45,397 nucleotides of DNA from assembly GCA_035538175.1 (NCBI GenBank), contig DATLKW010000006.1, positions 1 to 45,397 of the forward strand, in the 5' to 3' direction. Each line of letters begins with the position of its first letter. The first letter of the stretch is position 1. This stretch comes from Gemmatimonadales bacterium. Lineage in GTDB: Bacteria > Gemmatimonadota > Gemmatimonadetes > Gemmatimonadales > GWC2-71-9. A program made the position numbers and the translations under genes. This document shows positions 44,796-45,397 of the stretch, piece by piece. The notes below the pieces were generated by a model, which worked only from the letters and a program-made list of their open reading frames with translations, ran no database searches and was not told the origin of the DNA.

Positions 44796-45397
44796 GTGAC
44801 GTGGCTCGGCGGCGGTGCGAAAGAGTCGGCGATCCCGACCCCCCAGGCGCTCCTCCGGTCGGTCTACGCCGGTCGCCTCTGCGTCGCCGCGGCGATCTAT
44901 CTCGCCGCCTCGCTCAAGTTCGCGGTGCTCGCGCCGCTCGACCTCCTCGTCACGTCGTTCGTCCTCGTGGCGGCCGTGGTCGTGACGATTGCCTCATACT
45001 GGTACACGCACGTCCTCCGGCGTCCGCCCGGCCGCACGTTCCTCTACTCCCAGGCCCTGTTCGACGTCGCGCTCATCACTACGGTCGTCCACATCACGGG
45101 CGGGCCCCAAAGCGACCTGACGCCCCTCTACGTCCCCCTCATCGCTGTCGTGGCGGTCCTCATGCCCCCGGCGAGCACCGCCCTGATCACCCTGCTCGTC
45201 GGCATCGTGTACTTCGCCGACGTGTTTTTCGGCCACCGCACGCTGATGACGGCGCAAGTGGCGCTCCAGCTCCTCGTGTTCGTCGCGGTGGCCATGGTTA
45301 CGGCGTACTTCGCGAGCCGCGTGTCCGTGATGGGCGCGGAGCGGGAGGCGCTGGCCGGGGAGCTGCGGCAGGCGCGGCTCGAGGCGGCGGACGTGCT
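44796..45397 (+). CDS. Sensor histidine kinase, N-terminal polytopic membrane domain (PilS-like); continues past the right edge
   Basis: My own translation from GTG 44796 (AAGGAG 7 nt upstream) gives VTWLGGGAKESAIPTPQALLRSVYAGRLCVAAAIYL...LFDVALITTVVHITGGPQSDLTPLYVPLIAV...SRVSVMGAEREALAGELRQARLEAADVL. The multi-TM domain, and the FD....T..V..TGG..S block, resemble PilS-type kinases. There is no stop in the window. Confidence 0.55.
   Translation, partial: MTWLGGGAKESAIPTPQALLRSVYAGRLCVAAAIYLAASLKFAVLAPLDLLVTSFVLVAAVVVTIASYWYTHVLRRPPGRTFLYSQALFDVALITTVVHITGGPQSDLTPLYVPLIAVVAVLMPPASTALITLLVGIVYFADVFFGHRTLMTAQVALQLLVFVAVAMVTAYFASRVSVMGAEREALAGELRQARLEAADV

Overview
This is a very G+C-rich 45.4-kb chromosomal segment (judged by eye; third codon positions are almost always G/C). 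It comes from a diderm bacterium, since it carries LptF/G-type permeases, a TonB-dependent receptor and type IV pilus genes. The overall style resembles Gemmatimonadota/Acidobacteria-like lineages, but that is inference only. Most long ORFs in the six-frame track are antisense or out-of-frame artefacts of the high G+C, and I call about 45 genes.

Gene order, left to right:
- the 5' part of acs (-)
- a STAS antagonist, a single-domain response regulator and ccmA-ccmB-ccmC plus a small ccmD-like ORF (+)
- a TPR protein (-)
- hemD-hemC-hemB with 4-nt stop/start overlaps (+)
- an aquaporin (-)
- an eight-gene, tightly coupled minus-strand operon from 13530 to 7776: a SigR/SigH-type ECF sigma broken by one in-frame TAG, an RsrA-type zinc anti-sigma, a DUF92 membrane protein, a geranylgeranyl-reductase-family flavoprotein, a flavin reductase, a SAM methyltransferase, an SRPBCC protein and a FabF-like ketosynthase
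- a V4R-like protein and an M24 peptidase (+)
- heme A synthase and an APC permease (-)
- an approximately 11-kb envelope-glycan island at 18.2-29.3 kb: two paralogous GT-C membrane glycosyltransferases, a GT2 polyprenyl-phosphate-sugar-synthase-like enzyme, two GT4 enzymes, a MurJ/Wzx-like flippase and two methyltransferases
- a second APC permease, a large TonB-dependent receptor, two LptF/LptG-family permeases and an M28 peptidase
- pilB-pilT-pilC, an R2-like di-iron protein with an extra C-terminal domain, an exported JAB/MPN-like protein, and the N-terminal membrane part of a PilS-like sensor kinase

I recognised no rRNA, tRNA, CRISPR array, transposase or integrase.

The items most worth a second look:
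- the redox-switch sigma/anti-sigma pair fused to an uncharacterised lipid or isoprenoid-tailoring operon, with the sigma gene carrying an amber codon at its invariant Trp
- the glycan island with duplicated GT-C enzymes
- a recurrent TAnATT-N9/10-ATG arrangement, suggesting leaderless transcription
- the R2-like and exported JAB-like genes wedged between pilC and the pilS-like gene

All functional calls rest on my own reading of the translated sequences and motifs. No database search was possible.
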